Shown: positions 59,857 to 64,000 of the stretch, piece by piece | How positions within the stretch are numbered: the stretch's first letter is position 1 | Layout of the letters: the number at the start of each line of letters is the position of its first letter | Virus record (IMG/VR): IMGVR_UViG_3300031853_000001 | Coordinates: 96,001 to 160,000 of that record | Source of the DNA: a virus | Lineage: Duplodnaviria > Caudoviricetes | Length of the DNA: 64,000 nucleotides | Direction: 5' to 3' (one strand) | The notes under the pieces: model-generated | What the model saw: only the letters and a program-made list of their open reading frames with translations | Databases searched by the model: none | What the model was told of the DNA's origin: nothing | Made by a program: the position numbers and the translations under genes

Positions 59857-60747
59857 ATGAGCAAGAATATTATGGAACAAGCAACAAATAAGGTAAATAT
59901 TGTTGGTAAGCTACTAGATACAACTTTCCGTGAAGGTAAGACTTCTACTGGTCAGACTTATGAGAGCTGTAATTTTACAGTTCGGGTCACTCAAACCTAT
60001 GGTGGCCGTGAGGAAACCAGTGAAATTCCAGTAAGCATTTTTGCGACTCAATATACTTCCCAGAATAAGCCGCATCCTGGTTATAAGAATATTCAGGAAA
60101 TGAAGAAAATGAAGACTGTTCAAGATTATGGCGAAGCTGAAGCTACCGTTGTTCGTATGACTAGTGCGAATATTCGCGAAAACAACTTCGTATCTCGTAA
60201 TGGTCAGCTAATTAATGGTTGGCAGATTAACACTTCCTTCCTAAACGAAGGTAAGACTTCTGATATTGCTTCCTTTAATATGGACATCTTCATTATGGAT
60301 ATGCACGAGGAGATGGATCGTGAAGGTGAGCCTACTGGCCGTCTAGTTATTAAGGGTGCTGTTGTTCAGTATCTGGGTAGACTTGACGTAATTGAATTTA
60401 TCGTTGAAGGTTCTGACGCCGTTAATTATATTTCTCGTAATTGGGAAGAGAATAAGACTGTTAATGTTGGCGGTCGTATTCGTGTAACTTCTCAGGAAGA
60501 GAAGCGTTCTGCCAACGAAAGTTCTTGGGGTGAAGAGCTACCAGAAACTTCCACTCGTATGGTTCGTGAGCTAATTATCACTCGTGGTTCTGATGAGCCA
60601 TTTGATGACGATTTTGCTTATGATGCTACAGAAATTAAGAAAGCATTTAATGAGCGTAAGGCTCGTCTAGAGCAGATGCAGATTGATGCTAAGAAGGGCT
60701 CTCCTGCGAAGGCAGCTGCCTCTGATAAGAAGTATAGTTGGGAATAA
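59857..60747 (+). CDS. Single-stranded DNA-binding protein (double OB-fold-like)
   Basis: NKVNIVGKL start, aromatic-tipped C-terminus, position before the Sak4-like ATPase. Confidence 0.6.
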   Translation: MSKNIMEQATNKVNIVGKLLDTTFREGKTSTGQTYESCNFTVRVTQTYGGREETSEIPVSIFATQYTSQNKPHPGYKNIQEMKKMKTVQDYGEAEATVVRMTSANIRENNFVSRNGQLINGWQINTSFLNEGKTSDIASFNMDIFIMDMHEEMDREGEPTGRLVIKGAVVQYLGRLDVIEFIVEGSDAVNYISRNWEENKTVNVGGRIRVTSQEEKRSANESSWGEELPETSTRMVRELIITRGSDEPFDDDFAYDATEIKKAFNERKARLEQMQIDAKKGSPAKAAASDKKYSWE

Positions 60748-60783
60748 TAAATTCCCAACTATATTTTAAAGGAGGGCTAAGTT

Positions 60784-61785
60784 ATGGCTGATATAGATAT
60801 TTTTAATTTAAGTCCAAGTGTTATAGACAAGTCGCTTAAGGGAAAGTATTTACTTATTTATGGTTCTAGTAAAATCGGCAAAACTTCTTTTGCAGTTCAA
60901 GCTCCTCGAACATTAACTTGTGCTTTTGAATTAGGTCTTAATGCTTTAAGCGGGCAAAGATATGTGCCTATTCCAAAATGGTCAGATTTCAAAAAGGTAC
61001 TTTCTCAGTTGCGGAAACCCCAAGCCAGAGAGATGTATGATACTATTGTTATTGATACAGCAACTTGGGCTTATGGTCTTTGTGAAAAATATATTTTACA
61101 GAGAGAGGGCGCGGATGATATAAGGTCGATACCCTGGGGGCAGGGTTGGGGCATGGTAAAAAATGAATTTTCAGAATCGTTGCGCGAAATTACAATGCTA
61201 GGTTTTGGAATTATTCTTATTTGCCACGAAAAAGAAAAACCCACAGAATTTCGGGACGAAGAAGGAAATGCGATTTCAAGAGTTGAACCAGATGGCCCGC
61301 GTCAAATGCGAGAAATTATAGACGCTCTTGTTGATATTATCGGCTATATTGGAGTAGAATTTGATCCTGTCACTGGTGAAAGTGTTAGATATTTATATAC
61401 TCGTTCTACCCCAACTATTTTTGCTGGTTCTAGGTATCGTTATCTAGCTCCTAAAATTAAATTTGGATATCAAGAATTAGTAGATGCAATAGGACAAGCA
61501 ATTGATGACTCAGTAGAAAAAGATGGCGCACAAGTAACAGAACACGCAGAGACTGTTCAAATTAAATCTCGTTCATTTACGGATGTTATGCAAGAAGCAA
61601 GAGATATTTGGATTTCTTATTTAAATGATGGAAAAACAGATGAAGATAAAGAGCAACGATTAAGAATTATGAAAGATATTGTTCGTCGAATTTTTGGTTC
61701 AGAGGATTTTAAAATTAGTGGGGCTGTAATGTCACAACAAGATCTTGTTGAACTTTTTATAGATGAAATGAAAAATTTGGAATAA
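60784..61785 (+). CDS. AAA_24/Sak4-like ATPase
   Basis: IYGSSKIGKTS, TIVIDT, WGQGW, ILICHEK, VDIIGY. Confidence 0.8.
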   Translation: MADIDIFNLSPSVIDKSLKGKYLLIYGSSKIGKTSFAVQAPRTLTCAFELGLNALSGQRYVPIPKWSDFKKVLSQLRKPQAREMYDTIVIDTATWAYGLCEKYILQREGADDIRSIPWGQGWGMVKNEFSESLREITMLGFGIILICHEKEKPTEFRDEEGNAISRVEPDGPRQMREIIDALVDIIGYIGVEFDPVTGESVRYLYTRSTPTIFAGSRYRYLAPKIKFGYQELVDAIGQAIDDSVEKDGAQVTEHAETVQIKSRSFTDVMQEARDIWISYLNDGKTDEDKEQRLRIMKDIVRRIFGSEDFKISGAVMSQQDLVELFIDEMKNLE

Positions 61786-61854
61786 AATTAAATAATTTAC
61801 CTTTTATATCACTACTAATTTTATGAGTGAGAAAGTAATTAGGAGTGAAAAAAA

Positions 61855-62919
61855 ATGGGAATTATTTATTTAATGACAAATAAAATTAATGGCCTACAAT
61901 ATGTAGGCCAAACTTCTTTAACTTTAGCCGCGAGAATGAGAGGGCATAAAAATGAAGCAAAATATCTAAAACCAAATGTTTATTTTGTGAGAGCAATGCA
62001 CAAGTATGGGTTTGAAAATTTTGATGTAAAAATAATCGAAGAATGCCCGGATGAAAATTTAGATGAAAGAGAAGTATTTTGGATTTCTGAATATAACACT
62101 TTCTTAGGGCCAGGTTATAATTCTACACGGGGCGGACAAGGAAACAAAAAAATTTTAAACTCTGATATTGCAAAATTATGGGATGCAGGTTTTACGCGCG
62201 CCGAAATTGCGGATAAGTTAAATTGCAGTAAAGCAACTGTTACAAATGGTTTTAGAATTTTGGGTATTTCGCAAGAAGAAATAAGAAAAAGAGGCCAATC
62301 TTTAGTCTGTAAGAAAAAAGAAGTTTTACAATATGATTTGTCAGGTATGTTAATTGCCACATATTCCTGTGTAGATGAAGCCGCAAGAATAATTGGTGGT
62401 TCTTCCAGTATTATTCGACAAGTTTGTAATCATCATTTGCATACAGGATTTGGCTATATTTGGTGCCACGCAGATGAACCAAAAGCTATCCAAGAACTTA
62501 TAAACGAGATTCCTAAATCTAAACGAGAAAAACAAGTAGAACAATATGATTTAAACGGTAAATTAATTAAAATATATAATTCTTGTGCAGAAGCCAGCCG
62601 GCAACTAAACGTCAGTGCTTGCACAATTGAACAGGCCGCAAGAGGAGAACTTTTTTCGTGCGCCAATTTTCTTTGGAAATATACTAATGATAGTATAGAA
62701 ATTGGAGAAAAAGTTCAAAAAAATCAGAGTAAAAAAGATTATAAAAAAAGACAAATAAATCAATACGATTTAAAAGGCAAGTTTATAATGTCACATAATT
62801 CAGCTAAAGAAGCTTCTTTATTTATCGGCAAAGAGCAAGGAAGTTCTTCTATTACAAAAGCTTGTCGCGGGAAATTAAAAACTGCATACGGTTATAAGTG
62901 GAGTTATGCTGAAGCATAA
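61855..62919 (+). CDS. GIY-YIG homing endonuclease with three NUMOD1-like repeats
   Basis: GIIYL..YVGQT; (V/I).QYDL.G..I..Y.S..EA three times. Confidence 0.9.
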   Translation: MGIIYLMTNKINGLQYVGQTSLTLAARMRGHKNEAKYLKPNVYFVRAMHKYGFENFDVKIIEECPDENLDEREVFWISEYNTFLGPGYNSTRGGQGNKKILNSDIAKLWDAGFTRAEIADKLNCSKATVTNGFRILGISQEEIRKRGQSLVCKKKEVLQYDLSGMLIATYSCVDEAARIIGGSSSIIRQVCNHHLHTGFGYIWCHADEPKAIQELINEIPKSKREKQVEQYDLNGKLIKIYNSCAEASRQLNVSACTIEQAARGELFSCANFLWKYTNDSIEIGEKVQKNQSKKDYKKRQINQYDLKGKFIMSHNSAKEASLFIGKEQGSSSITKACRGKLKTAYGYKWSYAEA

Positions 62920-62985
62920 CTTCACTTGACTTTTTTTAAAAACTGTGCTATACTTAATATAGTAAAAGTATAGGAAGGTGTTTAT

Positions 62986-63480
62986 ATGGCAATTCGTCCA
63001 ACTCATAAATGTCATGTTTGTAAAGAAGTTTTTAGAAATGAAGATATGGTAAATTACGCCAGTCCTCGCTCGAAAACTTCTTATTGGTATTGTAAAAAGT
63101 GCTATGATGAAAAAATGGCACAAGAAAATTTTTCTAATAAAGTTTGTTCTATTTTTGGAATTAAAACTCCTGGCCCAAGGATTTGGGCTGAGCGTAAGCG
63201 TTTAATAGATACTTATGGATATACTGATGAAACAATTGTAAATTGTTTAGATTATATTTATAATGTTCTTAAAAAGCCAAAAAAAGTTGAAACAATTTAT
63301 TTAGTTAATCCAACTATGGTTGATGAAATGATGCGTTATAAGCGACAGCAAAATCATAAAAGTTTAAATCTTGCGGCCGCACTTCAAACTGAAGTGCATG
63401 AGCATATTGTTCCAATTAAAGAAAATGTTGGTGGGAAAAAGAAAGTAAATTATGATCCAGATGAATGGCTGGATGATTAA
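62986..63480 (+). CDS. Zinc-finger replication-associated hypothetical protein
   Basis: CHVC/CKKC; directly upstream of the helicase-like gene. Confidence 0.55.
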   Translation: MAIRPTHKCHVCKEVFRNEDMVNYASPRSKTSYWYCKKCYDEKMAQENFSNKVCSIFGIKTPGPRIWAERKRLIDTYGYTDETIVNCLDYIYNVLKKPKKVETIYLVNPTMVDEMMRYKRQQNHKSLNLAAALQTEVHEHIVPIKENVGGKKKVNYDPDEWLDD

Positions 63481-63494
63481 GGAGAGATTTAGTT

Positions 63495-64000
63495 GTGACT
63501 TTATCAGACAAAATGGCATATCGTCAAATTATAGGGTGTTTGATGAAAAATCCTCTTTTATTTTTAGAGTATCCCGACATACATCCTCTTGACTTTGATA
63601 ACACAAATAAAGTCGCACGAATTTGTTTTATAAGTATTCAAAGGTTATATAACGAAGGAGCAACTAAATTAACACCAATTGAAGTAGATCAAGAAATAGA
63701 GAAACATATTAATAGTGCGGCGATTTATAATAATGATGGTGGTCTTGATTTTTTAAAAGCTTGTTTTGAGTTTGCAGAATTAGCAAATTTCAAAGTTTAC
63801 TATACAAGATTAAAAAAATATTCTTTATTAAGAAGATTGATTAGTGAAGGATATGACGTTAGCGAATTTTATGTAGATGATAAAAGTGATGTAAGTCCAA
63901 TTGAAGAAGCTGAAATTCAAGAGCGTTTTGACGGCGCGTCAATTGAAGATATATTAAATTCTGTTGAAGGAAAATATAATATAATTCGCAATGAGTTTTT
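63495..64000 (+). CDS. Probable replicative (DnaB-like) helicase N-terminus, truncated by the window
   Basis: QIIGCLMKNP.L...DF...I..LY...LKKYSLLR.L pattern and replication-module position. Confidence 0.55.
   Translation, partial: MTLSDKMAYRQIIGCLMKNPLLFLEYPDIHPLDFDNTNKVARICFISIQRLYNEGATKLTPIEVDQEIEKHINSAAIYNNDGGLDFLKACFEFAELANFKVYYTRLKKYSLLRRLISEGYDVSEFYVDDKSDVSPIEEAEIQERFDGASIEDILNSVEGKYNIIRNEF

Larger units (their letters stand above)
8301..62955 (+). promoter_or_regulatory. About 25 dispersed near-consensus sigma-A promoters (TTGACW-17nt-TATAAT, mostly with extended -10 TG)
   Basis: -35 boxes begin at ~8301, 8737, 13509, 15534, 18046, 19801, 20349, 21531, 23992, 24175, 25922, 26186, 26890, 30269, 37340, 38957, 42058, 45121, 47118, 52466, 52844, 56333, 59179, 59275, 62926. 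All point in the + direction. Confidence 0.85.

Noticed and set aside
1-64000. Stop-codon reassignment
   Set aside because: Conserved genes are full length in the standard code, TAG and TGA end genes at expected positions, and no suppressor tRNA was seen.

Overview
Segment of a large AT-rich (Bacillota-type) tailed phage genome. All credible genes are on the + strand, read in the standard code. Layout: (1) 1-8.3 kb, an intron-split endolysin and tail/fibre genes. (2) 8.7-33 kb, a very large tRNA/ncRNA island with about 26 tRNA genes, several large structured RNAs, homing endonucleases and an RNA-repair-type gene set (Ro60-like DUF2828/vWA protein, RNA ligase, cyclic-phosphate receiver domain, HD protein, DUF488). 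(3) 33-64 kb, holin, nucleotide-salvage and DNA-metabolism genes (RNase H, ligase, ClpP, PhoH, NCS2 permease, intron-split gyrB, gyrA, SSB, Sak4-like ATPase, helicase start). The most unusual signals are in the RNA island. (a) Two tRNA genes (Glu-UUC, Leu-UAA) each have a miniature CCA-ending tRNA (acceptor + T arm) nested between anticodon positions 35 and 36, and exact removal restores a canonical 7-nt loop. A third (Pro-UGG) is split in a compatible register by an endonuclease ORF with no ribozyme core. (b) About 9 elements share a terminal stem plus an ACAGCAA-type motif, three of them enclosing circularly permuted tRNAs (Y-RNA-like). (c) A near-verbatim mimic of the 23S rRNA L11-binding domain. 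(d) A four-copy covarying leader that pairs with the RBS of homing endonuclease genes. (e) An HDV-like ribozyme. (f) A possible 5-nt translational stop-hop. All calls were made by eye; no database searches were run.
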